Source: an uncultured Actinomycetes bacterium (GTDB taxonomy: Bacteria; Actinomycetota; Thermoleophilia; Solirubrobacterales; Solirubrobacteraceae). Taken from it: DNA of 64,000 nucleotides. Shown here one piece after another: positions 52,342 through 63,218 of the stretch. Location of the stretch: positions 110,761-174,760 of the forward strand of contig CAVPYM010000012.1 in NCBI GenBank assembly GCA_963709935.1, in the 5' to 3' direction. The position numbers were made by a program, and so were the translations under genes. Under the pieces are notes generated by a model. The model was not told the DNA's origin, ran no database searches, and saw nothing but the letters and a program-made list of their open reading frames with translations. Position 1 is the stretch's first letter. Each line of letters begins with the position of its first letter.

Positions 52342-53490
52342 TTGCCGATCGACCTCGACAACACGGAGGAGATGTTCGCCGCGTCCACGGACCTGACCGT
52401 GGGCCTGGAGGAGGAGTTCGCGGTGCTCGACCCGGGAACGCTGGACCTCGTCCCGCGCTTCGAGGAGCTGCGCGACGCGGCCGCCGAGCTCGATCCCGTC
52501 CTGCACGACGCGATCACCGGCGAGCTGATCTCCTCGGAGATCGAGATCATCTCCGGGCGCGGCGAGGACCTGCACGACGCGATCGCCCACCAGCGCGACC
52601 GGCGCCGGCGGCTGTTCAAGCTCGCCGCCAACCGCGGTGTCGCGCTCGGGTCGACCGGCACCCATCCGTGGGCCGACTACCGCGAACAGCGCAACATCGA
52701 CACCGCCCACTACCGGCGCGTCGTCGAGGGCTTGGGCTACGTCGCGCGGCGCAACAACACGTTCTCGCTGCACGTCCACGTCGGGGTGCGCGGCGCCGAT
52801 CGCGCCGTGGCGGTCTGCGATCGCCTGCGCCCCGTGCTGGCGCTGCTGCTGGCCGTGAGCGCCAGCTCGCCCTTCCTCGAGGGCCAGGACACGCGCCTGC
52901 ACTCGGTCCGCAGCCAGATCTTCACGAAGTCCTTTCCGCGCTGCGGGGTGCCCGACGCGTTCGGCGACTGGCGCACGTTTCGCGACTACGTCGAGCTGCT
53001 GATCGCCACGCGCTCGATCGTCGAGTACACCCAGGTGTGGTGGTCCATCCGCCCGCACGCCTCCTACGGGACGGTCGAGGTGCGCATCTGCGACGCGCAG
53101 GTGACGGCGGCGGAGTCCGAGGGGCTGGCGGCGCTGATCGTGGCCTGCGTCGGCCAGGCGCTGCGCGACATCGACGAGGGGGTGGCATTCGCGCATCCGC
53201 CGCAGCGGCTGGTCGAGGAGAACATGTGGCGCGCGATCCGCCACGGCCTCGACGGGGACATGATCGACCTCGAGCGCGGCATCGAGATCCCGGCCCGCGC
53301 CGCGCTCGACGGGCTGTGGACGTGGACGGCGCCCGCGCGCGCCGAGGCGCGCGTCGACGTCGCGCTGGAGGGGCCGACCGGCGCCCAGCGCCAGCGCGCG
53401 GCGCTGCGCGACGGCGGCGACCTGCGCGCGGTCTACGCTGACTGCGTGCGCGAGACGATGACGACCTACGCCCAGGAGGTTCCGGCATGA
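52342..53490 (+). CDS. carboxylate-amine ligase (glutamate--cysteine ligase family 2, YbdK-type)
   Basis: 'GLEEEFAVLDP', 'HVHVGV' and 'VEVRICDAQ' motifs. Confidence 0.88.
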   Translation: MPIDLDNTEEMFAASTDLTVGLEEEFAVLDPGTLDLVPRFEELRDAAAELDPVLHDAITGELISSEIEIISGRGEDLHDAIAHQRDRRRRLFKLAANRGVALGSTGTHPWADYREQRNIDTAHYRRVVEGLGYVARRNNTFSLHVHVGVRGADRAVAVCDRLRPVLALLLAVSASSPFLEGQDTRLHSVRSQIFTKSFPRCGVPDAFGDWRTFRDYVELLIATRSIVEYTQVWWSIRPHASYGTVEVRICDAQVTAAESEGLAALIVACVGQALRDIDEGVAFAHPPQRLVEENMWRAIRHGLDGDMIDLERGIEIPARAALDGLWTWTAPARAEARVDVALEGPTGAQRQRAALRDGGDLRAVYADCVRETMTTYAQEVPA

Positions 53491-53930
53491 CGGCCGACGA
53501 CGACGTGCAACCGCCGCAGCCCGGCGACCCCGGCTTCGACGAGGCCGACCTGAGCGACCTCAGCGAGGAGGAGCTGCGCGCGGCCTACGAGGCCGAGATC
53601 GCCCGCGTCCGCGTCGAGGACGTGCTGGTGCAGACCGTCGTCTCGCTGCTGAACCTCGCCGCCCGCAAGGCCGGCCTCACGGGCGCCGAGGAGGAGCCGG
53701 ACTTCGAGCAGGTGCGTCAGGCGATCGACGCCACCAGGGCGCTGCTGCCGCTGGTCGAACCGTCGCTCGGAGCGGAGGCCAAGCAGGTCCGCGACGCCCT
53801 CTCGCAGCTGCAGCTCGCGTACGCCCGCTCGGGTGCCGTCCCGCCGCCGGACGCGCCGCGCCCCGGTGAGCCGCAGACCCCCGGCAGCACGCCGCGGGGC
53901 GGCAGCGGGCTGTGGGTTCCGGGTCAGTAG
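53487..53930 (+). CDS. DUF1844 domain protein
   Basis: 'VEDVLVQTVVSLLNLAARKAGL' is the core of DUF1844. Start overlaps the upstream stop. Confidence 0.7.
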   Translation: MTADDDVQPPQPGDPGFDEADLSDLSEEELRAAYEAEIARVRVEDVLVQTVVSLLNLAARKAGLTGAEEEPDFEQVRQAIDATRALLPLVEPSLGAEAKQVRDALSQLQLAYARSGAVPPPDAPRPGEPQTPGSTPRGGSGLWVPGQ

Positions 53931-53987
53931 ACGCGCCATCCGTCCAGCCGGTTAGTATCCGCGCGCGTTTCCCGTGGCTGGGGGCCA

Positions 53988-54016
53988 TTGACACCCGCCA
54001 CGCGGTGGGTTAGTGT
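53988..54016 (+). promoter_or_regulatory. sigma70-like promoter TTGACA-17 nt-TAGTGT upstream of the pyrophosphatase gene
   Basis: TTGACA at 53988-53993, a 17-nt spacer, then TAGTGT at 54011-54016. A GGAGG follows at 54037-54041. Confidence 0.5.
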
Positions 54017-54065
54017 CCTCGGCACCAAAGATTTACGGAGGCAGTTTCCCTTGAGTGATTTCCTG

Positions 54066-56129
54066 ATGGACCATGGGGTCGTCGTCGCCCTGCTGTGCGG
54101 CGCCCTTGCAGTGCTCTACGGCGCGCTGACCGCACGCTCGCTGCTGGCGCTTTCGCCCGGCAACGAGCGCATGGTCGAGATCTCGAAGGCCGTCCAGGAA
54201 GGCGCCTCCGCGTACCTGCGCCGTCAGTACACGACGATCGCCATCGTCGGGGTCGTCCTGTTCGTCGTGCTGATCCCGTTGCAGAGCATCGAGGTCGCCG
54301 TCGGCTTCGCGCTCGGCGGCCTGCTCTCGGCGGCGGCCGGCTTCATCGGGATGAACGTGTCGGTGCGGGCCAACTGCCGCGTCGCCGAGGCGGCCCGCGG
54401 CGGCATCCCGCCCGCGCTGAACGCCGCGTTCCGCGGCGGCGCGATCACCGGCATGCTCGTCGTCGGCCTGGCGCTGCTCGGCGTCGCCGGCTACTACGGC
54501 CTGCTGACGGCGGTCTTCGACAGCACGCAGAAGGAAGCCGTCGACGCGCTCATCGGGCTCGGCTTCGGCGGCTCGCTGATCTCCGTCTTCGCTCGTTTGG
54601 GCGGCGGCATCTTCACCAAGGGCGCCGACGTCGGCGCCGACCTCGTGGGCAAGGTCGAGGCCGGCATCCCCGAGGACGATCCGCGCAACCCCGCGGTGAT
54701 CGCCGACAACGTCGGCGACAACGTCGGCGACTGCGCCGGCATGGCGGCCGACCTCTTCGAGACCTACGTGGTGACGGCCGTCGCGGTCATGCTGCTCGGC
54801 GTGCTGACCTTCGCGGGCGACAACGCGTCGCAGGTCGCGCTGTATCCGCTCGTGCTCGGCGGCGTGGCGATCATCGCCTCGATCCTCGGCACCTTCGCGG
54901 TCAAGTCCGCCGCCGGCAACGTCGAGCGCGCGCTCTACCAGGGCCTGATCGCATCCGGGATCATCGCCGCGATCGCCTTCTACCCGATCACGAAGTGGAT
55001 GATGGACGGCCTCAGCACGGCTACGGCCAGCGTCGACGTCTTCGCCCCCTCCGTCAGCGACCTGTACCTCTGCTCGCTGATCGGGCTGGCCGTCACGGCG
55101 CTGCTGTTCCTCATCACCGACTACTACACCTCGACGCGCTTCAACCCGGTCAAGAAGACCGCCGACGCCTCGCAGACCGGTCACGCGACGAACATCATCT
55201 CGGGCCTCTCCCAGGGCATGCAGGCGACCGCGCTGCCGGCGATCGTCCTCGCGCTCGGTATCTACGGCGCCTACGAGCTCGGCGGGATCTACGGCATCGG
55301 CGTCGCCGTCATGGCGCAGCTCGGCCTGTGTGGCCTGATCGTCGCGCTCGACGCGTTCGGGCCGATCACGGACAACGCCGGCGGCATCGCCGAGATGGCC
55401 GAGATGCCCGAGGAGGTCCGCGCCGTCACCGATCCGCTCGACGCGGTCGGCAACACGACGAAGGCCGTCACGAAGGGCTACGCGATCGGCTCGGCCGTGC
55501 TGGCCGCGCTCGTGCTGTTCGCCGCGTTCAAGATCGAGCTCAACGCCGAGCTCGCCGAGGGCGGCGAGGAGCCGATCCAGTTCCTGCTCGACAAGCCCGA
55601 GGTGCTCATCGGCCTGCTCATCGGCGGCATGATGGTCTACCTGTTCGCCGCGCTGTCGATGGAGGCCGTCGGCCGCGCGGGCGGCGCCGTGGTCGAGGAG
55701 GTGCGCCGGCAGTTCAAGGAGCACCCCGGGATCATGGACAACACCGAGAAGCCCGACTACGCCCGCTGCGTGGACATCGTCACGAAGACCGCGCAGCGCG
55801 AGATGATCATCCCGTCGCTGATCCCGATCGTCTTCACGCTGATCATCGGCCTGCTGAGCGTCGAGGCGCTCGGCGGCCTGCTCATCGGCGTGATCGTCGT
55901 CGGCCTGTTCATGGCCGTCTCGATGACGGCCGGCGGCGGCGCCTGGGACAACGCGAAGAAGCTCATCGAGGAGGGCGCGTTCGGCGGCAAGGGCACGCTC
56001 GCCCACGAGGCCTCGATCACCGGCGACACGGTCGGCGATCCCTACAAGGACACGTCGGGCCCGGCGATCAACCCGATGATCAAGGTCGCGAACATCGTCG
56101 CGATCCTGATCATCCCGCTGGTCGCGTAG
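54066..56129 (+). CDS. hppA: membrane-bound proton-translocating pyrophosphatase (K+-independent type)
   Basis: '[19 protein letters not shown]' and 'DNVGDNVGD'. '[10 protein letters not shown]' carries the Lys diagnostic of K+-independent enzymes. An alternative TTG start lies at 54051. Confidence 0.93.
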   Translation: MDHGVVVALLCGALAVLYGALTARSLLALSPGNERMVEISKAVQEGASAYLRRQYTTIAIVGVVLFVVLIPLQSIEVAVGFALGGLLSAAAGFIGMNVSVRANCRVAEAARGGIPPALNAAFRGGAITGMLVVGLALLGVAGYYGLLTAVFDSTQKEAVDALIGLGFGGSLISVFARLGGGIFTKGADVGADLVGKVEAGIPEDDPRNPAVIADNVGDNVGDCAGMAADLFETYVVTAVAVMLLGVLTFAGDNASQVALYPLVLGGVAIIASILGTFAVKSAAGNVERALYQGLIASGIIAAIAFYPITKWMMDGLSTATASVDVFAPSVSDLYLCSLIGLAVTALLFLITDYYTSTRFNPVKKTADASQTGHATNIISGLSQGMQATALPAIVLALGIYGAYELGGIYGIGVAVMAQLGLCGLIVALDAFGPITDNAGGIAEMAEMPEEVRAVTDPLDAVGNTTKAVTKGYAIGSAVLAALVLFAAFKIELNAELAEGGEEPIQFLLDKPEVLIGLLIGGMMVYLFAALSMEAVGRAGGAVVEEVRRQFKEHPGIMDNTEKPDYARCVDIVTKTAQREMIIPSLIPIVFTLIIGLLSVEALGGLLIGVIVVGLFMAVSMTAGGGAWDNAKKLIEEGAFGGKGTLAHEASITGDTVGDPYKDTSGPAINPMIKVANIVAILIIPLVA

Positions 56130-56287
56130 CGGGTGGGTGCGGGCGGGGCGCCCGGGCGGGCGCCCCGCGGTCGGATGACGCCGCGAGCGGGCGCGACGGC
56201 GGGGTTCACCGCTGGTCTGTGACCAAACGCTCACACGCGCCCCTGAGGGCGGATGTAGGTTCGTGCCTCGGAGCCAGTCCATAGCTC

Positions 56288-56845
56288 GTGAGGACGGAGT
56301 GGATGATGAGCCCCAGCAGTGGCGAGGGCGCCAGTGGCGTCGGCAGCGCGGGCAGCGCGTTCGTCAAGCCCCGTCGCATCCTGCACTCGGTGGCCGGGCG
56401 GGCCCGCGTGGCGCTGGCGGCGCGCGGGGCCGGCGGTCCGTCGGCTGCGCAGGCCGGCGGGGCGACGGCCGCTGTGGTCGCGCCGCCCGAGACGCCGTTC
56501 GAGGCGGACCGCCGGCGGGTCCTCGCGTGGTTCGCGATGCCGGCCGAAGCGCGCGAACGGGTCATCGCCGAGCACGCCGGCCGCCTGACGGTCGCGCGTC
56601 ATCTGCAGCTGTTCACGCACGTCCGGATGCTGCTGGAGGACACGCAGGTGCGGACGGTGGCGGGGGTCGACGACGGCGCCTGGGAGCAGCAGCTGCGGGA
56701 GCTGGCGACCGAGGCCGAGCACCTGGCCGCGATCGGCAGCGCCGTCGGGGACGCCCTGTTCGCCCGACTCGATGCCGGCGAGCCGGCCCCCGCCGCCTCC
56801 GAGCCGGTGGCGAGCGCGGCGAGCGCGCCTCCGAGCGCGGCCTGA
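56288..56845 (+). CDS. hypothetical protein
   Basis: 185-aa ORF with G/C-rich third positions. No family recognised. Confidence 0.4.
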   Translation: MRTEWMMSPSSGEGASGVGSAGSAFVKPRRILHSVAGRARVALAARGAGGPSAAQAGGATAAVVAPPETPFEADRRRVLAWFAMPAEARERVIAEHAGRLTVARHLQLFTHVRMLLEDTQVRTVAGVDDGAWEQQLRELATEAEHLAAIGSAVGDALFARLDAGEPAPAASEPVASAASAPPSAA

Positions 56846-56903
56846 GGTTCCGCCCGGATCGCACGACGACGAAGGTCACCGTGGGTGCGGTGTGCGGGCG
56901 CAC

Positions 56904-57036
56904 CGCGCCGCCGCCGCCCGTCGCCCGGCGCCGCAGGACGCCTGACGGCGGGTCGTCCGCGCCGCCGCCGCCGCCCCTCGCCCGGCGCCGCAGGACGCCT
57001 GACGGCGGGTCGTGCGCGCCGCCGCCGCCGCCGCAC
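56904..57036. repeat. GC-rich ~55-bp tandem duplication (2 copies plus a partial), each with a hairpin
   Basis: Copies at 56904-56957 and 56958-57014, with a partial third to about 57036. Each contains CGCCGCAGG-ACG-CCTG(A)CGGCG. Confidence 0.8.
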
Positions 57037-57050
57037 TACAGTCCCCGCCG

Positions 57051-57593
57051 GTGAGCTTTCTCGAGGAGCATCTGGGCGACGGCACGTGGCGCGCCGACGC
57101 GCCGTTCTCGTCGGTCACGTTCAAGGTCCGCCATCTCGGCGCCCGCGACTACCGCGCGGGCTTTCGCGACATCGAGGCGACGCTCGACCCGGCCGCCGGG
57201 ACGCTCACCGCGAGCGTGCCGATCGCGTCGCTGGACCTCAACAACCCGGTCATCCGCGAACGGATGCTGTCGGCGGAGTTCCTCGACGCCGCCCGCTACC
57301 CGGAGGTGCGCTGGGTCGTGACGGACTTCGCGGGCGACGACAGCCGCGTGATCAGCGCGACCGGCGAGCTGTCGATCCACGGCCACACGCAGACCGTCAC
57401 GGCGAACGGCAGGATCGGCCTGCCGGGACCGGGCCTGCTGAGCCCCGAGAACCGCGTCGGCGTCGAGCTGTCGTCGATCGTCGACCGCCGCGACTTCGGC
57501 CTGGACTGGCAGGAGGCGCTGCCCGGCGGCGGCGACACGCTCGGCTGGGACGTGACGCTGGAGGCCCTCATCGAGTTCGTCGAGCAGGCCTAG
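57051..57593 (+). CDS. YceI-family (polyisoprenoid-binding-like) protein
   Basis: 'SSVTFKVRHLG...', 'ATLD' and 'GELSIHGHTQTV' are YceI features. The GTG start is chosen downstream of the repeat. Confidence 0.75.
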   Translation: MSFLEEHLGDGTWRADAPFSSVTFKVRHLGARDYRAGFRDIEATLDPAAGTLTASVPIASLDLNNPVIRERMLSAEFLDAARYPEVRWVVTDFAGDDSRVISATGELSIHGHTQTVTANGRIGLPGPGLLSPENRVGVELSSIVDRRDFGLDWQEALPGGGDTLGWDVTLEALIEFVEQA

Positions 57594-57603
57594 GGCACGA
57601 GCG

Positions 57604-58074
57604 ATGCGGTGGTGCGTCCGAGTCATCGCGGTGCTGGCGCTCGTCGCGCTGCCGGCCGGCTGCGGCGGCGGCGACGGCGGGTCGGCGAACGCCGGCGCCG
57701 CGGCCACGACGGCCACCGCGACCACGACGCCCGCGGCCACGACGGCCACGACGGCCACGACGCCGCCGACCGAGCGAGACCGCCTCAGCACCTGCCTCAC
57801 GCAGGCGGGCTACCGGCTGCAGGGCGGGGCCTCGCAGGCCTCCGACAGCGAGGCGCCGGACTACCAGATCGTCTTCAGCGGCCCGCGCGGCGGCGGGTAC
57901 ATCGGCTTCTACAGGAACACCTCGCGCGCCAGGCGCGTCGCCATGCAGCTGCGCAAGAACGCGCAGCGCACGAGCGGCGCCGCCGTCGAGCGCCACGGGG
58001 CGATCAACATCGTGTGGGTCGACCTGCCCGACCCGGCCGCGCGCGCGAGCGTTCGCGGCTGCCTCGTCACCTGA
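57604..58074 (+). CDS. secreted lipoprotein, hypothetical
   Basis: Lipobox 'LALPAGCGGG' followed by a Thr/Ala-rich linker. No family recognised. Confidence 0.55.
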   Translation: MRWCVRVIAVLALVALPAGCGGGDGGSANAGAAATTATATTTPAATTATTATTPPTERDRLSTCLTQAGYRLQGGASQASDSEAPDYQIVFSGPRGGGYIGFYRNTSRARRVAMQLRKNAQRTSGAAVERHGAINIVWVDLPDPAARASVRGCLVT

Positions 58075-58559
58075 TCATGTTCGCCCGAACGCGCCGTGGA
58101 TCAGGCGCCTCACCACCTGCACACACCGCCCCGGGCGATGGCGGCCGGCGGCCGGCGGCCGGCGGTGGGCGGCGGGTGCTCTCGCTGCGCGAGAATTGTT
58201 GTCAGCTGCGCGGTCCTCAGGGCTGTACGGTAAGAGATTCCTGGTTCGTCCTCATGTGATGAACCGCCATCGCATCGCGAGGTAGGGGCGCATGCACTCT
58301 CGGCGGGCGTCGAGACGGTCAACTGGGCCGCCGACGCATCGGTGGATGGCAACGACGGAAACGGCATCGGCACATTCTCCCCGGCCACCAGCAACTGGGT
58401 GCTGAAGGACACGGGCGGCACGACGCGCACGTTCACCTTCTCCGCGTCCGGATCGGCTGCGGCCCTCCCGCTGGTCTGGTGCTGCCCATGACCTGACCGG
58501 CCGGCGGAGCTCGCCGCCGCCCGGACCACTGAGCGGGTCGGCGTAGACTCCCGCCGCGG

Positions 58560-60434
58560 ATGGCAGAGCGCCAGCTCCACGGATTGCAGCGCGTGCTGGG
58601 GGTCAATGCGCTCTTCTCGACCGCGTACGGCAACGTCGGCTCGTCCATCTACTACGCCCTCGGGCTGGTCGCCGCGCTCGCCGCCGGCCTGACGCCGCTG
58701 GTCTTCCTCATCACCGGCGCGCTGTTCTACTGCACCGCCACGACGTACGCCGAGGCGACCGCGATGTACCCCGAGGCGGGGGGCTCCTCGCTGTTCGCCC
58801 GGCGCGCGTTCAACGAGCTGTGGTCGTTCTTCACGGCCTGGGCGCAGATGCTCAACTACATCATCACGATCGCCATCTCGGCGTTCTTCGCGGCCCACTA
58901 CGCCGGGCGCTTCCTGTGGGAGGGCTTCAACGAGTCGCCGGGCGACATCGCGTTCGCGGCCGGCGTCGTCGCGCTGCTCGCGCTCATCAACGTGCGCGGG
59001 GTCAAGGACGCCGTCAGCGTGAACCTCGTCCTCGCGGTGATCGACTTCCTCAGCCAGCTGGCGATCGTCGGCCTCGGCGCCGTGCTCGTCTTCAGCCCCG
59101 AGATCCTCACCGACAACCTCGCGTTCTTCGGCGAGACCCCGACGCTGACGCAGTTCTTGCTGGCGATCCCGATCGGGACCGTCGCCTACACCGGGATCGA
59201 GACGATCTCGAACATGGCCGGCGAGGCCCGCGACCCCGACACGACGATCCCGGGCGCGATCCGCCGAGTGATGATCGCAGTTTTCGCGATCTACTTCACG
59301 CTGCCGCTGATCGCCCTGTCGGCGCTGCCCGTCGAGTGCGTCGGCGGCGAGTGCCAGACGCAGCTGGGCGTCAAGCCGCAGGACGGCGGCTACGCCAACG
59401 ACCCGATCATCGGCGTCGTCTCGGGAATGGACCTCGGCTGGTTTCAGGGCGGGGTGGAGGTCTACGTCGGCATCCTCGCAGTGACGATCCTCATCGCCGC
59501 CACGAACGCCGGCGTGCTCGGCGTCTCGCGGCTGACCTACTCGATGGGCATGTACCGCCAGCTGCCCGACACGATGCGCCGGCTGCACGCGCGCTACCGG
59601 ACCCCGTACGTCGGGATCCTCGTCTTCTCGAGCTTCGCGATCATCGCGCTGCTGCCCGGCCAGGCCGACTTCCTCGGCAAGATCTACGCGTTCGGGGCCA
59701 TGCTGTCGTTCTCGATGGCGCACCTGTCGCTCATCTGCCTGCGCGTCAGCGACCCGGACGCGCGGCGCCCGTATCGCAGCCCCGGGCGCGTGCGCTGGCG
59801 CGGCACCGAGCTGCCGCCGCTCGCGATCATCGGGCTGACCGGGACGATCCTGTCGTTCGTCGTCGTCAGCGTGCTCGACCTCACCGTCGGTGCCGCCGGC
59901 GTCACGTGGATGGCGCTCGGCATGGGCGGCTACCTGCTGTACCGCCGCAGCCAGGACCTGGACTTCGTGTCCACCCACCAGGTCACCGTGCCGCAGCCGG
60001 TCACCCAGAGCGAGGCGGAGTACGAGTCGGTGCTCGTCGCGCTCGACGCGCGCCACTACTCGTCGTCGACGATCGCCACCGCGACGAAGCTCGCCGGTCG
60101 CAAGCGCCGCGGCATCCACGTGCTCGTGCTCATCACGGTTCCGCAGGCGTCACCGCTGGACGCCGCGCTGCCCGAGGAGGAGATCGCCGCGCGCGCGATC
60201 ATCGAGCAGGCCCGGCTGCAGGGCGGGCGGCGCGTGAACGGCCACGTCGAGCGGGTGCGGCCCGGCGGCAGCGGCCGGCTCATCGTCGAGGAGGCGCGCG
60301 CCATGCGCGCCCACGCGCTCGTCATGCCGCTGCCGCCGCGCACCGGCACGACGCTGTTCGGCAAGACCGTCGAGATCGTCCTCGCCGACCGTCCCTGCCG
60401 CGTGATCATCGAGAGCGAGCCGACCGCTGCCTGA
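58560..60434 (+). CDS. APC-family permease fused to a C-terminal universal-stress (Usp) domain
   Basis: A 12-TM APC core ('ELWSFFTAWAQMLNY') is followed by 'YESVLVALD...VLVLITVP...ALVMPLP...PCRVIIE', a Usp fold. Confidence 0.85.
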   Translation: MAERQLHGLQRVLGVNALFSTAYGNVGSSIYYALGLVAALAAGLTPLVFLITGALFYCTATTYAEATAMYPEAGGSSLFARRAFNELWSFFTAWAQMLNYIITIAISAFFAAHYAGRFLWEGFNESPGDIAFAAGVVALLALINVRGVKDAVSVNLVLAVIDFLSQLAIVGLGAVLVFSPEILTDNLAFFGETPTLTQFLLAIPIGTVAYTGIETISNMAGEARDPDTTIPGAIRRVMIAVFAIYFTLPLIALSALPVECVGGECQTQLGVKPQDGGYANDPIIGVVSGMDLGWFQGGVEVYVGILAVTILIAATNAGVLGVSRLTYSMGMYRQLPDTMRRLHARYRTPYVGILVFSSFAIIALLPGQADFLGKIYAFGAMLSFSMAHLSLICLRVSDPDARRPYRSPGRVRWRGTELPPLAIIGLTGTILSFVVVSVLDLTVGAAGVTWMALGMGGYLLYRRSQDLDFVSTHQVTVPQPVTQSEAEYESVLVALDARHYSSSTIATATKLAGRKRRGIHVLVLITVPQASPLDAALPEEEIAARAIIEQARLQGGRRVNGHVERVRPGGSGRLIVEEARAMRAHALVMPLPPRTGTTLFGKTVEIVLADRPCRVIIESEPTAA

Positions 60435-60477
60435 GTCGCCTCCCTCCGGCCGCGGGCTGCATCGCTCGGCGACGCTC

Positions 60478-60630
60478 GTGCTGTCGGCGGCGATGGTCGT
60501 GCTCGGCTTCGCGATCCTCGCCCAGACGTTCTCCGCCGGCGGCGGGCCGCTGGCGCTCGGCGCGATCCTCGGCGTGCTGTTCGTCGCAGCGGGCGGCGGC
60601 CGGCTGTACTTCACCTGGCGGGGGTTGTAG
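60478..60630 (+). CDS. micro membrane ORF (45-50 aa) between the two APC-Usp genes
   Basis: '(VLSAA)MVVLGFAILAQTFSAGGGPLALGAILGVLFVAAGGGRLYFTWRGL'. Its TAG overlaps the GTG of the next gene by 1 nt. Confidence 0.3.
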   Translation: MLSAAMVVLGFAILAQTFSAGGGPLALGAILGVLFVAAGGGRLYFTWRGL

Positions 60631-62591
60631 TGGCCGGCCCCGCGCCGAACGAGCCCAAGCCGGCGCTGCGTCGCAGCCTCGGCTCGCCGGCGCTGTTCGC
60701 GATCGTGTGGTCGTCGCTCGCGGCGGCGGTCTACTTCTCGCTGGGGATCGTCGCCGAGAACGCGCTCGGAATGACGCCCGTCGTCTTCCTCGGCGCCGGG
60801 ATCTTCTTCGTCCTGACGGCGATGACGTACGTCGAGGGGGCGTCGCTGCACCAGGAGCGCGCCGGCGCGACGGTCTTCGCGCGCTACGCGTTCAACGAGC
60901 TGTGGAGCTTCATCGCCGGCTGGGCGGTGCTGCTGGACTTCCTGATCCTCATCGCGGTGACGGCGTTCGTCGCGACGCACTACATGGCGGCCGTCTGGTC
61001 ACCGCTGGGCAGCGGCGCGCCCGAGCTCGTGGCCGCGCTCGTGATCATCGGCTACGTCGCGTCGCGCAACATCCGCGGCGCGAGCGCGAGCCGCGGCATC
61101 GAGCGCGTCTCGGCGCTGGCGGTCCTCGACGTCGTCCTGCAGCTGCTCGTGATCGTGCTCGGCGCCGTGCTCGTCGTCGACATCGACGCGCTGACGAAGA
61201 CCATCGACCTCGGCACGTCGCCCGGCTGGCGCGACCTGCTCTTCGCCCTGACGGTGTCGGCCGTCGCCTTCACCAGCCTGGAGTCCGCGTCGGGCCTGGC
61301 CGGCGAGGTCCGCGTCAGCCGCCGCGGTCTGAAGCGGCTGATCTTCAGCTCGACCGTGTCGGTGCTCGTGATCTACGTCGGGATCTCGCTCGTCGCCGTC
61401 GCCTCGCTGCCGATCACGCCCGGCGCGTCCCCGCTGACCGGCGACGCGCTCAACGCGCCGGTGCTCGCGCTCGTCTCGACGTTCGATCCGCCGTGGCTGG
61501 CCGAGGCGCTGCGCTACATCGTCGCTGCGCTGGCGACGGTGACGCTCGTCGTCGCCGCCCACGGGGCGATGCTCGGGCTGTCGCGCCTGTCGTACTCGCT
61601 GGCGCGAAACCGCCAGATCCCGAGCGCGATCGGGCGCCTGCACCCCGGCCACGGGACGCCGTACGTGGTGATCGTGCTCGCCGCCGTGCTCGCCACGGCG
61701 CTCGTCGTCCCGCGCGACCTCGAGTTCCTCGTCGGCATCTACGCGTTCGGCGCGATGCTCGCGTTCCTCATCGCGCACGTGTCGATCTGCGTGCTGCGCT
61801 ACCGCGAGCCGGACCGCCCGCGGCCGTACCGCATCCCGCTGTCGGTGCGGATCGGCGGCGGCGACCTGCCCCTGCCCGCGGTGCTCGGGGCGCTGATGGC
61901 GGCGGTCGGGCTGGCCAGCCTGGTCGGCTTCCACGAGGGCGCGCGGACGATCGGGCCCATCTGGATGGTGACGGGCATCGCCCTCTACGTCGGCTACCGG
62001 CGCGGCGCGGAGATGCCCCTGCTCGAACGCGTCGTGCTGTCCGAGGCGGCGCTGCGCTCCGAGCCGGCGCGCGCGGAGTACGGCTCGATCCTCGTCCCGA
62101 TCTACGGCACGCCGCTCGACGACGACATCGTGCAGACCGCCGGGCGCCTCGCCGCCGCCGAGAACCCGGAGGAGGGGGAGGGCCACGGCGCGACGATCGA
62201 GGCGATCTGGGTCTTCGAGGTGCCGCTCTCGCTGCCGCTGGACGCGCGCCTGCCCGAGAAGCAGCTCAAGGCCGCGCGGGCGGCGCTGGCACGAGCCAAG
62301 GCCGTGGGGGAGGAGTACGTCGGCGTCGAGGTCGCGACGGCGACCGTGCGCGCGCGCCGCGCCGGCGAGGGGATCGTCGAGGAGGCCACGCGCCGCGGGG
62401 TGGAGCTCATCGTCCTCGCCGCCGAGGAGCCGTCGCGGATCCGCGGCGGCGCGCGCCTGGGCGGCATCGGCGGTCCGCTGGACAACTTCGTCGGCGACGC
62501 GACGAAGTACGTCGTGCGCAAGGCGCCCTGTCGCGTCATCCTCACCGCGCCGGCGGGCGACCCCGACCCGGGCGTTGAGCCGCCTGCGTAG
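60630..62591 (+). CDS. APC-family permease fused to a C-terminal universal-stress (Usp) domain (paralog)
   Basis: Same architecture as 58560..60434 ('ELWSFIAGWAVLLDF', 'YGSILVPI...LIVLAA...PCRVILT'). Confidence 0.85.
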   Translation: MAGPAPNEPKPALRRSLGSPALFAIVWSSLAAAVYFSLGIVAENALGMTPVVFLGAGIFFVLTAMTYVEGASLHQERAGATVFARYAFNELWSFIAGWAVLLDFLILIAVTAFVATHYMAAVWSPLGSGAPELVAALVIIGYVASRNIRGASASRGIERVSALAVLDVVLQLLVIVLGAVLVVDIDALTKTIDLGTSPGWRDLLFALTVSAVAFTSLESASGLAGEVRVSRRGLKRLIFSSTVSVLVIYVGISLVAVASLPITPGASPLTGDALNAPVLALVSTFDPPWLAEALRYIVAALATVTLVVAAHGAMLGLSRLSYSLARNRQIPSAIGRLHPGHGTPYVVIVLAAVLATALVVPRDLEFLVGIYAFGAMLAFLIAHVSICVLRYREPDRPRPYRIPLSVRIGGGDLPLPAVLGALMAAVGLASLVGFHEGARTIGPIWMVTGIALYVGYRRGAEMPLLERVVLSEAALRSEPARAEYGSILVPIYGTPLDDDIVQTAGRLAAAENPEEGEGHGATIEAIWVFEVPLSLPLDARLPEKQLKAARAALARAKAVGEEYVGVEVATATVRARRAGEGIVEEATRRGVELIVLAAEEPSRIRGGARLGGIGGPLDNFVGDATKYVVRKAPCRVILTAPAGDPDPGVEPPA

Positions 62592-62783
62592 GTCCGAGAC
62601 CGACTACTGCACCCGGCCGGAAGTTCGGTGAGGTTTTCCTGGATGCCCGGCCGTGATCTGACGGTCGCCGGTGACCCGCCTTCGTGCTGGTGGCACGGGG
62701 GCGGGCGCTGGCGGCCGTCAGGCACGGATCGGGCGCCGGGAAAACCCGCAGAACTTGCGGATGGGTGTACTAGCATCCGGCGC

Positions 62784-63218
62784 ATGATGGTCCTCGTCGT
62801 CGGGGCCGGCCGCGTCGGTTCGGCCGTCGCCAAGTCCTTGCTTGCCGCGGGCCACACGGTGTCCGTGCTCGACGAGGATCCGCTTTCGCACGAACGCCTC
62901 GACGCCGGCCAGGCGACGTCCTGGGAGGACGCGGGCGGGCGCTTCACGGTCGGCACCGCGATCGAGATCGACGCGCTGCTCGCGGCGGGGGTCGAGGAGG
63001 CGGACGTGTTCATCGCCGCGACGCGCGGCGACAACACGAACCTGCTCGTCGCGCAGGTCGCCCAGAAGCGCTTCGAGGTGCCGCACGTGATCGTGCGCGT
63101 GCTCGACCCTGCCCGCTCGGACTGGTACTCCGAGCAGGGCCTGCACACGATCTGCGCGGTGAAGCTCGGCATCGCGATGTTCGAGAAGGCCATCGCGGAC
63201 ATCGCGAGCGCCCGCTGA
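62784..63218 (+). CDS. trkA: TrkA-N (NAD-binding) potassium-transport regulatory protein
   Basis: The internal ATG gives 'MMVLVVGAGRVGSAVAKSL'. RCK N-terminal domain only. Confidence 0.8.
   Translation: MMVLVVGAGRVGSAVAKSLLAAGHTVSVLDEDPLSHERLDAGQATSWEDAGGRFTVGTAIEIDALLAAGVEEADVFIAATRGDNTNLLVAQVAQKRFEVPHVIVRVLDPARSDWYSEQGLHTICAVKLGIAMFEKAIADIASAR

Noticed and set aside
58234-58491. Open frame in the 480-bp gap upstream of the first APC-Usp gene, encoding '...VDGNDGNGIGTFSPATSNWVLKDTGGTTRTFTFSASGSAAALPLV...'. It resembles a single FG-GAP/VCBS-like repeat.
   Set aside because: It has only one repeat unit and no canonical start except an internal GTG (49 aa), with no signal peptide or partner repeats. 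It is most likely a relic of a larger gene. It is not called as a feature.
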